Assembly (NCBI RefSeq): GCF_902459465.1
Contig: NC_047066.1
Location: 20,832,001 to 20,896,000, forward strand
DNA from: Asterias rubens
Taxonomy: Eukaryota
Length of the DNA stretch: 64,000 nucleotides
Reading direction: 5' to 3'
Shown here: one piece after another, positions 22,866-34,120 of the stretch
Layout: every line of letters begins with the position of its first letter
Position numbering within the stretch: the first letter of the stretch is position 1
Position numbers and translations under genes: made by a program
The notes under the pieces: generated by a model
Told to the model about the DNA's origin: nothing
Seen by the model: the letters and a program-made list of their open reading frames with translations, nothing else
Database searches by the model: none

Positions 22866-25800
22866 ATGATGAAAACTCTACGGGATCCACTGATTCTGTG
22901 GATGATGGTTGCGATACAGTCATTAGTGAGGATTCGATGTCAGTCGGGTGGTTCAATGGGACCGAGTCCATCGACAGATGTCAGTAGTGATATGGGAGGT
23001 AAGGCAGTGACATAAGTTAATTTGATATTGGATATTGGACATTCACGTAGGTTTGTACAGCGAATATCATAGTTTTCTTTTCAATATTGGACATTTGACA
23101 TTCACGTAGGTTTGTACAGCAAATATCAATGCTGTTTTCCCCGAAATTGGACATTCACGTAGGTTTGTACAGCGAATATCAATGTTGTTTTTCAATATTG
23201 GACATTCACGTAGGTTTGTACAGTGAATGTTTACCTTTTTCATCTACAATAACAAACTAACTTTACTGCCATGGTGAGGCACCAAATATTTCTGCCATCA
23301 GACACAAGTCTCAATGGTTAACACTTTTATCCGGGCATTCCTTGTTGGTTCCCATGTACAAAAACACCAAGAGCCGTTCCCTGTTATATAAACTACAGTG
23401 CTCATCACTTTTAAAGGCACTGGACACCAGTCCTTTGGTAACTGTCAAAGAGCAGTATTCACCATAAAGAAAGCATAAAATAGCAAGTCTGTGTAAATTT
23501 GTACTCAATTTGTCATGGGGAGAGGTATAAAACATTGTGAGAAACGGCTCCCTCTGAAGTGACATAGTTTTCAAAAAGAAGTAACTTTCAGCGAGTCTGA
23601 TTTTGAGACCTCAGGTTTAGAACTTGAGTCTCGAAATCAACCATCTGAACGCACACACCTTCGTGTGTAAAGGTGTTTTTTCTTTCATTATTATCTCGCA
23701 ACTTCGACGACCAATTGAGCTCAAATTTTCACAGGTTTGTTAATTTATGCATATGTTGAGATATACCAAGTGAGAAGACTGGTCTTTGACAGTTACCAAT
23801 AGTGTCCAGGGTCTTTAATAAAAATTAAAACATGTTGAGTAAGACTGTTTTGCCACATGGAAATACACAATGGTCCGTTTACGGTGAAGTGAACACAATT
23901 ATACATGAATTGGAAAACATCTTGATCAAAATGGTTCTTACTATCATTCAAACAGCCCTTTTATTTTGTATTTTTAGTTTAGGTTGTTATTTGTTCCATT
24001 CGCTTTTGTTTTTGTTTTGAACTATAGTTTCTGATTGCGTAAGTTCTGTATGTCAGAATGGTGGAACATGCTACAACGTTGGGATGTCCATTGATGATTA
24101 TAGTTGATGGGGGTGATAGCACAGGATTTTTTACACAGTGTCACAATGCGGGCAGCAGTATTTTGGAGCCGTTGAAGTCGGGAAATCTGGTTGTTAGGAA
24201 GACTGTAGAGAAGAGCATTGCCGTTGTCAAGACGAGAAGTAACAAATGCGTGAATGACCTTTTCAGTGGCACTTTTGTCCAAGTACTTGCGAATCTTACC
24301 TATATTCCTGATGTGATATGATGATAAACGAACAATGTTGTTGATGTGTGGCTGAAGTGTCATCGATGAATCAAAAATAACCCCTAAGTTCCGAGCTTTC
24401 AGCGAGGGAGCTATCCGAGCATCACCGATGGAGATGTATGCTGGCACTGAAACCTTAGTTAACTGTTGACGTGACCCAAATAAAAGGAACTCTGTCTTAT
24501 CATCATTTAACTTCAGGAAGTTTTGTTGTGTCCAACGTCGAATCTCTTGGATGCATTTCTCAAGTCTTGCAATAGATGCATTGGCGTTTTCATGAGAAGA
24601 TTTAAACGTGATGTATCCGATTTGGCTTTTAAAACAATTACAAATAGAACAAACATACTGGTTAGGTTGTTTTTCCAAGGACGTGCCGCAAGGGTCCATA
24701 CAGTCTAATGACAAAATTATGACAAAGAAATTAGAATGGTTCAAACTGTCGATCAAACGCCGTTTTTCATTTATTGATATGTTTCGTTTCGCTTGTTTTT
24801 AGTTTAATTTGTTTTTGCTTTTGTTTTTGTTTTGAACTATAGTTTCTGATTGCGCAAGTTCTGTATGTCAGAATGGTGGAACATGCTACAACGTTGGGAC
24901 GTCCGTTGATGATGAATTTTGTGATTGTGAGTGGCCGTTTAGTGGAGAATTCTGCGAAACATCGAGTAAGAAAATTGTTTTACTTCTAGCCCTCCTCGTT
25001 TAAATACCATTTATACATCTAGCATGGATGCCAGCCATTAACAAACTATGCCGTGGAATCATTTTCTGTTTCACTTTTTCAAGTTTGTCTGGTCAATACT
25101 ACTACTAGTAGCCCTCTTCATGTAAATGCCATTCATTTCTATTCCTTGCAGTTTTGGCCCATGCTGTTCCTCCATCTTCTTCTCTGTCTACCTCTTTTCC
25201 TTTTTCCTGTCCTTGGTTGCCAGTCCATATTCTTGTTGTCCATCTATTGTCATTTCTTCGGGCAGTGTGTCCAGCCAATCTCCATTTAGCTCGTTTTATT
25301 GTCCTTATGGTGTCTCGAACTTTCTCGAAGTTTTCTTTCGTATTTCAGTGCATTCAATCTTGTCTCTATTCGAGACATGTAAAATGGCTCTCCATTGCTA
25401 TTAATTGTACTGTGCCGAGTTTATGATCTATCAGTTTTGTTGTTGCCCATGTTTCTGCCCAATAAGTTATGCTTTGTGTAAGTTTTTACAAAATATTATA
25501 AACTAAACAAACTATTTTTATAATGGGGACTAGTGTTGTGTTTCTTATTTGCAGGTTCTGGGGTCGACTGCCTAAGCACTGTGTGTCAGAATGGTGGAAG
25601 TTGCCACAACATTGGCTTGTCTACTCCTGATGAAATTTGTTATTGCCCGCTGCCGTTCACCGGAGAATTCTGCGAAACATCGAGTGAGAAAACGATTGTA
25701 CTTTTTTACAACAAGTTTGCACCTTATCGTGTAAAGTTTGATATTAGTTTAAATAATAGTATTAATTTGTATTGTTTGCAAGTCTTCTCAACCGCATTTT

Positions 25801-28800
25801 CATTACAATGTATTGATGCAATTTCCTCACTATCTTCTTTCTATCTTATTTCTAGGAAAGCCTCTTCACCAATTCTAAATTCCACTCTTTCCCTTTTTGC
25901 CTTTTGCCAAGCAATGCCCCTGCATGTACTTAGTTCACCTCCCCCGTCTTCGGTTTTGTCACCCTCTTTTTTTTCTCCGGTTTCTTGGAGTCCAGTTGGT
26001 TGTTTTGCATGCCCACCTGTTGTCATACTTCTTTGCTAGGTGACGTCACTTTACCCAGTATTTTAAAAGTAAATTTCATGTCTGTGCGTATTCAGTTCCA
26101 TGTGTTCTTAACGGGTTTTCTTTTATTCTTGTTTAAAAGTTTAACTCTGTTATCTCGTTTTCCTTTGTACCGTTTTGAAACCATATAGTTGATGTCTGTG
26201 CAGGCAACCCATGTGGGAACGGAGGATCCTGTACCGCAAGTAGGCCTAGTGTTGATACTTTTTATTGCAGTTGTTTTTCTGGATGGACGGGCATTTTTTG
26301 TGAAATCAACGGTAAGTCTACAGTCAAGTTCTATGTTTTAGTGATGTCATTGTTTTGTGTTTGTGTGATAATTCTGGGTATACCCACTGAAGTTTATGGT
26401 CTTTAAAATTAAAATGGCTCATGCCCTCGGACAACCCCCAAACAGTTCCTTCCATATTTCCGGAAAATGAATGCAAAAGCATTTTTTTAATAGGATAGCC
26501 AGGGGTTCGTGCAACTTCAAAGTGTCATACAATGATCCCTATTGTTGTTGTCCTTCGACGTTCACTTGGCAATCTACCAGCCTGTATGAAAATTACTGCT
26601 TATTTCAATAAAACCACTCTCTCGTAATAGTTACACACAAGTCAATGGCCATGCATGGGACCCTTTTTAAATGATACACTTGGATACAGAGTTTGAGAGG
26701 GCATTAGTTCAACACCAATGCACATTGCCCTATATACGGATAGTGTAGCCGCCATTTTTGTTTTTAATTGGCACTACCACACGTTGCTTGCCCGGGAAAA
26801 ACTGCTCCCTCTGTATATTTGTGTAACAATAATATAACAATAATAATGTAAAAAATGGTTAATGGCCTGCCGTTTCGACCCTAGCAGAGTCTTTCTCAAA
26901 GGCAAAAAATGCCGTTGAGAAAGACTCTGCATGCTAGGGTCGAAACGTCAGGCCATTATTCATTTTTTGCATTATACCATCGGTCCATTTGGTTGGTAAG
27001 TTGTTTGCAACAGCTAATTTTATTTTCTAATAATAATAATATAGTAAACATTTCATTCCCCCCCCCCAAAAAAAAAAAAAAAAAAAAACCGGGCCGGGGA
27101 CACAATGGTTTGCTTAGCATGCTTTTAGTCTTGTATGGACTACATGTATTGTGTAATTATTTATCAATTTTTGTTGTGATAACTTTGTTTTTCTCTGATC
27201 ATCCAACCGTTTTGTGAGTAGTTGTTGACGTCTGTGCAAGCTACCTGTGTCAGAACAGAGGAACCTGTTTCACAACAGCTACTGGTACTCCTAGTTGTAG
27301 TTGTATGTCAGGCTGGACGGGCACTCTTTGTGAAACAAGCAGTAAGTTAACAAGTTATGTGTTTTTGTTTGTTTTGTTTTTCCCAAAATATCTCAATAAA
27401 TTAGCGTAAAATTATAAAAGGATTACGTACAAAGGGTCATGAGAAAAGGCACCATTCCTATAGGCTTATACAGGGCCTGGTCCCTTTAGATTATAAATTA
27501 ATTGGATTTAGTTTATAACAATAACAATATTAATTGATGAAATGAGAGAGAAAGGTATATAAGGCATATAGCAAACATAGAACAAAAAATGGTTTTTGAC
27601 TGATGATGATTATAGTAATGATGATGACTGGGGACGGTGATGATGATAATGGTGATTCACAACATTTGAATGGCGCCATTTGATTTCAAAAACCATTCAA
27701 AGGCGACAGCTTCTCCAGTAAAGTTAGCATTTAAAGGCAGTGGACACTTGGTAATTACTCAAAATAATTATTGGCATAAAACCTTTCTTGGTGACGAGTA
27801 ATGGGGAGAGGTTGATGGTATAAAACATTGTGAGAAACGGCTCCCTCTGAAGTGCCATAATTTTCGAGAAAGAAGTAATTTTTCACGAATTTGATTTCGA
27901 GACCTCAGATTTAGAACTTGAGGTCTCGAAATCAACCATCTAAACGCACACAACTTCGTGTGACAAGGGTTTTTTTTCTTTCATAATTATCTCGCAACTT
28001 CGATGACCGATTGAGCTCAAATTTTCAGAGGTTTGTTATTGTATGCATTGAGATACACCAACTGTGAAGGCTAGTCTTTGACAATTACCATTAGTGTCCA
28101 CTGCCTTTAAATGTCTGATGGAAGACGTGAGTCATGAGAGAAGCTTTGAAGGGTCCAGGTTTGTTGTCAATTTCGCTAAGAAATGATGGGAAGGGGTTCC
28201 ATACTCGAGGGAAGCAATAGAGGAAAATGCCCGATAAAATTTCACTGAAAGTTGGCCATGTGGAACTGGCCGTCCCATTATACTTGTTTTACTTCAAAGA
28301 ATACCATTGCACACTGACAGAGCAAAGTATAGTGCAATAAAGTTCCGACAGATTTGCCATTTATGTCGTAAGTGTCGTTCTGTAAACTAACTTCCCTTGT
28401 TGCGTTAATCCTAAACTCGTCTTTTTAAAATTATTATTTGGTTTAACTGTGGTTTATTGTCTTCATTTGTACCATTTTGAAATCGTAGCTGACCTCTGTG
28501 CGAGCAACCCATGTGGGATCGGAGGATCCTGTTTTACAACTGCTGATACTCTTTATTGCAGTTGTTTTTCGGGGTGGACGGGCACCTATTGTGAAATCAA
28601 TGGTAAGTCTGTGTTTTAGATTTTTTTGATTTTTTTCTGCGTGAGTGTATGATAATTCTGGGTATGCCCACTAATGATTATGGCAACCAGTGTTTATTTA
28701 TAGTTTTTTTTAGTAGTTGCACCTCTTGTGGGGTTCGCCGGGACTGGTCAAATAACCTCTTTACATCAAAACAAGAAGGCTGTTATAAGAGGACCAAAAC

Positions 28801-31800
28801 AAAGACACACAACGCAAAAAAATGGGATTTGGGGCTTTAGAAGTAATACTTTATTTGAATTTGTAATTTAATTTATATAAATAATAATAATATCTAAGTC
28901 TTATATAGCGCACGTATCTACAAAACAAGTTACTCAAGGCGCTGTTATATTAATTTCCTTTTACGGGTATAAGAGATATGTTTCCTACTTGCTTTATTTC
29001 CATATAGACGCTGGAATTGGTTGTAGCAGCGACGTTTGTCAAAATGGCGGCACTTGTTATGACGTAGGTGAGAACAGTGGTACGTACTGCGTCTGCCCTT
29101 GGATGTACACGGGTGGATTCTGCGAAATGGGTATGTATACCAAGTCATCTCCAACAACCGTTTACTCTTTGTTGGGCTAGCATTTCTTTGAGAGAGCATG
29201 GTGTTAGTTTTTGTATGACAACACGTCCATAATGACCTTGCATCATTTCACATGGCCTTAATGGTTCTGGGGATTTGCGTTTAAATCCGACGTACATCTG
29301 AATTCATACAAACCATAACCACGTGCCCTTATCTTTGCGGATAATGACATGTGCCAGTCTAGCAACACGGAGTTGTTTTCATACAGAAATTGTTTCCACA
29401 TAACGGGAAAATAACATGTGAAGGAAGCATGTACAATTTATTACTTACACATCCGAGTCATTATGTGAAAGCTAATAAACTAACCTTATTTTTTGTTAAT
29501 TTCCAAAGATTAATTTATAACTTTTTTTTTTTTTTTGAGGGGGGGGGGCAGTTATCAAACGTCATCTACACGTTGATGGCTTTACAACTTTTTTATTTGT
29601 TGTCATCTCTTCCGTTGCAGCTACCATTGCTGACAATTATTGTTCTAGCGGCCCGTGTGAGAATGGCGGAACCTGCATCCCCGATGAAGACTCGGGTTAT
29701 TTATGTGCATGTTCAGCTGGGTTTACGGGGAACCTGTGCCAAGAAAGCAGTAAGAAATTGTGTTCAATATTAATCTTTATTTAGCAAAATCAATACATAC
29801 ACAGAAGAGGCAAAAGATAAAGATTGCACACCTAAAGGCCGAGTCACACTGCAGCGATAACGACAACGATAACGATCACAACGCAAAGAGAACGCATTGA
29901 ATTGGTTGAATTTCTCTACGCAGAAAACGCACACGCTCATTCAACCAATATAATGCGTTCAAATGGTAAAATTAATAGCAATAACAAGTTAGTTAGGGTT
30001 AGAGGCCTACAACAACTTTCGGTAGTATATAGCAATTTGAAGAAAAAAAATCACCTCGATGTAAAGTGGTTGTGTAGAAAAATATCAGTTATGCACTAAC
30101 AGTTGAATCTGTCATTAAGGCTTCTCAAAGTGTGTATTCCTATTAGGGATTAGTCTTCCTGCGTGGACATAGGCTAGGCCTACTTGCCTTTTTCGGCAAT
30201 TTCTCAAAAACTTAACCACTTTTTTAATTGAAATTTTCACAAGGTAGTTTTATTGTCTACGTCTACTTTTATATAGGATCAAGACAAACGAACGATTCCA
30301 AAAAATAAACCTATAATTTTCCTTTAGGTTTATTCCTTTTTGTTTTGGTTTATAGGTTCTAACAATGTGGGTTTATCGTCTATTACTTTGAGATGAACTT
30401 AAGAATGAACTCCAATGGAGTTCAAACCAACGGTTCTTTTCAGAACCACCCCAACTCATTAGAGATAGTCATTACATGGTTTACCGCAAACCTTTCTAGA
30501 ACTTAAATACCGTAAATGCAAAGCGCCATATTACATAAAGGTCCATGTCTGCACATTGATTGTAATATTGTATTTCCATTTAGGCGATGGTGAAGGCTGC
30601 AGTAGTAGCATTTGTGAGAATGGTGGTACGTGCTACTTCATTGGTGCGGAGGACAATACATACTGTCTCTGCCCGTGGTTATATACTGGTGATGCCTGTG
30701 AAACTAGTAAGTTGTTATGTGTGTGTAGACTTGAGTCAAGGCATTATGCCTCCGATTGGTTTCAACCGATCGCTCTTAACATAAGGATTCGTGGCATGAC
30801 TTTTTGATGCCCAGCGAAACCCGTTGAACCAAGACTATAAAGAGCATCCATTGCGAGCATGTACATAATCCATGATGGTTTATACGGTAGGCCTAGCATA
30901 CAAAAGCCAGGGCAGACATAGCGAACAATAATGGCTCAACTTAAACCCTTTTCAGAGCTGGAATTTAACTAGGCCGAACACTCCCCGCAGAAGTCCGGCG
31001 CACCTGAAGATTCACGAACCTCGGGCATATATTTGTGTAATAAATTGTAAAATAAGTGTAATCGGGCATGATATTCTTCTTTTTGGTCTGTTTTCCGATT
31101 CCCCCCCCCCCCTTGAAAAGTCAGAAAAACTATGACTAGATAGCCCCAAAAGTCTATTAAAGCCTACATCGTGTGTCTATATAGGTCAGCCCTTGCACTA
31201 AACAAATGGTCCTACTTTTTTCCAAGGAACAAATACCATGCCCGTGTAATTCAGTTCGTAATGTGTGTCTTTCTTTATATATATGTAGCCATTGAAATGT
31301 ACAACTGTGACACCAACAATCCGTGTGACAATGGAGGATCATGCTACCCGACGGGCGCCACCTACGTCTGTGTCTGTACACAAGAATGGACAGGCGACGA
31401 CTGCCAAGTTAACTGTAAGACCCTGAAATATAGACCCCGTATGTAAAATTCCTGATAATTTACAGAAACAAAGGCGATTGCCTCCATGTCCCCTCATTGC
31501 CTTGGTACCCTTACAATGCTGTTGTAAATTTACAATCTCCTCAGGGTGCCCTTATACTTAAACCAAGGAGTACATTCCTTAATTGATGCCCTTGCCATTT
31601 CAAAAACGAAGCATTATGCAGGCTTGAAAATGGCTTTGTCTGAGCAGACCAAATCAGACCTTTATCACGGTGTGGCTATCTTGATTTTAGAGTCCATTCC
31701 AACTCATGTAACCAAACTGAGGCTGGCCAAAATAATAGTCTGGTGCCATGTTTGCGCAATGAATGTTAGCATTCATTACTGTTATTTGAAGCAGGGAACA

Positions 31801-34120
31801 TGATCAAGATGGTGACAGCGTGATACAGGCTATAGCTATGGTCGTTGGCTGCAAATGCAATGTTGAATATATGATTAGATGGCCGTAGCCGCACCAAAAG
31901 TTACATTAAAAAAATCTGTATTCAAAAGCGAAATGCATTGAGTTTACAATATCAAACAGTGATACATTATCCTTTTTTTAGACGACACTATAACGTGTGC
32001 AATGTCGCCACCTTGTGGTCCAGGTGGGAATGGTGCTTGTGAGGTAATCAATGGAGCAACTCAATGTATGTGTTACAATGGATGGGCGGGAGCAGACTGT
32101 GAAACCGAGGTGGTGTCTGGTGGGACTACTGGCGAGTCGTCTACCATTCGTAAGCATTGTAATTAAAAAAAATAATGACGTTATATTATGTAAGATGATA
32201 ATTAATTACAGGCACTATTGAAGCGTGGCAGTTATCCCCCTCAAGCCTTACTTATTACTGGCAGTGGATATTATATAACACCCGAGCAGATCCTTGCCAT
32301 TTGATTGGAGGATTGTCCGTCACGTAATAGCAAATAAAAGTGCCATTGCACGCTGAGTCACTCACCGTGCTTTTTCGTTCCATCCGAAAAGTACCATTGC
32401 ACGCTGCCAGCGTGCAATAGTACTTTTCGGATGGAACGAAAAGGCTGAGTAAACACATATCACTGCGTGCGCGTGTCTTTGGTAACGCAGCAGTGTTACT
32501 GCAAGGTAGTATAGTTACTTAACATTCGGCTTCTCCAATTGTAGGCCTACGTTTTGTTTGTTTTGAAAGTTGTATCTTTTAATCAAAATTACAAAGATCT
32601 ACTTGGATGTTATATAAAACAAATAATGAATGTTTTTCATTCGTGCAATGGTGCGAAATGTTCATTCGTTGAAAGCTGGAATGTTCCATTCAACTCGGCT
32701 CCGCCTCGTTGAATAGAACATTCCATCTTTCAACTCATGAACATATTCGCACCATTGCACTCATAAACATTCATTATGTGTATACTATTGACCTTTATAA
32801 TGGTGCAGCCATCTTGAACTTCCCTATTGAGCGCAATTGATGATCAATTTCATAAACTTGTTCCAGAGTTTCCTATGTCAAGTGTTAGTTTTATCTGATG
32901 GCGTTTATGAATTTGAAAAGTCAGTTTTGTTTTTGTTTTGTTTTTCATTAGCAATCATTGCAGGTGCTGCAGGAGGATTCATAGTTCTTCTTCTGATAGT
33001 TGGTTTTATCGTCTGCTGTGTAGTGTCATCAAGAAATAAACAGCGCAGGTATATATACAGAATGGTTCATTCATTCAAACAAATAGTCCCGCATATTATG
33101 CAAAATACAATGTGAATATTCATGTCAATCGCAAAGTTGTGTTCCCACTTTATCCTTTAAAAGGGTGTGTACAACATTAGTAAGACTGTAAATATAAATG
33201 CTCACAGATTGCGACATATGACTTAAAATGTATAAAGATGGCAATGTGGCAAACCTTCCTCGAAATAGTTTGCTTAAAATGCTGTAATGGGAAATGAGTA
33301 AAAAATGTTCTTTATCGCACACGTCCGGTCAAACCCGATGTTTGAAAACAGTGAAAACATTTAATGGGAGTTTATATGACTTTGATGACCGATTTAGCTT
33401 AAACTTTCACATGTTTGTTATTTCGTGTTGGGCTAGGCCCTGTTGGATCACATATGGTCTATATAAAAATTACAAATAATGTTATTATGTGCTCTAAGGA
33501 ATTTCTTTGATCTATTTCATTCCCTTTTATTTATCTTCCTCAGAAATGCAGCCGCTGGGCCTCATCCCTACCCAATGAACGTACAACTAGGACCACAAGG
33601 CCCGCCAAAGTTCATTGACTCAAACCCACCGCCATATAATGGTTATGTGGCACCCCCCGATTCTGTGTATTATTCATCTGCAAACCCCCCTGAATATCAA
33701 GTATCATTAGCTCCTGTTTCAAAATCACAAGGGCGTGCAGCAGCCACGTTTACCCCAAAACCAACCAATATGGCCCCGAAACAACCAGCCAATAAGCCCC
33801 CAAAACAACCAGCAAATATGGCCCCGAAACAACCAGCCAATATGGCCCCGAAAAAAACATCCAATATGGCCCCGAAACAACCATCCAATATGGCCCCGAA
33901 ACAACCATCCAATATGGCTCCGAAACAACCATCCAAAATGGCCCCGAAACCGGTAGCCATTGCGAGGTCTCCAAAGGAAGGATACGCATATGACAATAAT
34001 ATCTACGAAGAGATTCCCGAACCTGCTGCAATGGAGGACGGCGAGGCTTACTTGGTGCCCTCCGCTCAAGACGTCAACCAGACCAAAAATAGTCGTGAAT
34101 ACATGGAGGTCATTTCCTAG
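22866..34120 (+). CDS. Type-I membrane protein with 10 EGF-like modules and a Tyr/PY-rich cytoplasmic tail, 694 aa
   Basis: Exon 1 22866-22998 ([25 protein letters not shown].., signal-like). Phase 1-1 EGF exons 24843-24965, 25555-25683, 26189-26311, 27222-27341, 28489-28602, 29008-29130, 29621-29749, 30584-30706, 31289-31414 and 31982-32149, each with six Cys of the CxxxxCxNGGxC..CxCxxxxTGxxCE type. TM exon 32952-33048; last exon 33544-34120. All introns are GT-AG and the total is 2085 nt in frame. Confidence 0.9.
23030..23228. repeat. Tandem repeat, ~4 x 45-55 bp (ATTGGACATTCACGTAGGTTTGTACAGCGAATATCA)
   Basis: Directly visible repeats in intron 1 of the EGF gene. Confidence 0.8.
23415..23814. 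mobile_element. Kolobok-type MITE family A copy
   Basis: TTAA|AGGCACTGGACAC ... AGTGTCCAGGGTCT|TTAA. Confidence 0.75.
24028..24098 (+). pseudogene. Truncated duplicate of the first EGF exon (pseudo-exon)
   Basis: 24002-24098 matches 24817-24913 (97 bp, 3 mismatches) and includes the acceptor. It runs into LINE sequence and an in-frame TGA. Confidence 0.85.
24099..24630 (-). mobile_element. LINE fragment (C-terminal part of RT, CR1/L2/jockey-like group)
   Basis: Encodes ..[85 protein letters not shown], the typical post-YADD region. It is truncated at both ends. Confidence 0.9.
25125..25430 (-). mobile_element. RTE-clade LINE 3' fragment, degraded
   Basis: Minus strand reads [37 protein letters not shown], the RTE ORF C-terminus. 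A second degraded RTE 3' end lies at ~25800-26040 (..[29 protein letters not shown]). Confidence 0.75.
26861..26957. ncRNA. Head-to-head inverted pair of minimal hammerhead-like motifs (Penelope-type); third copy at 22229-22270 (-)
   Basis: Consensus of three copies is GCCT-TTGAGAA-A-GACTC-TGCTA-GGGTC-GAA-ACGT-C-AGGC: stem I GCCU/AGGC, stem II GACUC/GGGUC, palindromic ACGU in place of stem III. Confidence 0.6.
27735..28106. mobile_element. Kolobok-type MITE family A, near-consensus copy
   Basis: TTAA|AGGCAGTGGACAC ... GTGTCCACTGCCT|TTAA. Confidence 0.8.
32622..32778. repeat. Palindromic MITE-like element; a smaller inverted repeat lies at ~32335-32445
   Basis: ATAATGAATG..TGCAATGGTGCGAA..TTGAAAG..GAATGTTC / GAACATTC..CTTTCAA..TTCGCACCATTGCA..CATTCATTAT. 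Confidence 0.7.
33764..33955 (+). repeat. Coding minisatellite, 8 x 24 bp, encoding (S/A/T)NMAPKQP
   Basis: Repeats of CCAATATGGCCCCGAAACAACCA lie in frame in the last exon of the EGF gene. Confidence 0.92.

Noticed and set aside
24678-24702. Plus-strand DVPQGSI, resembling the RT motif GVPQGS (possible twin-priming inversion of the LINE fragment)
   Set aside because: Only 6-7 residues match and the flanks do not continue as RT sequence, so chance cannot be excluded.
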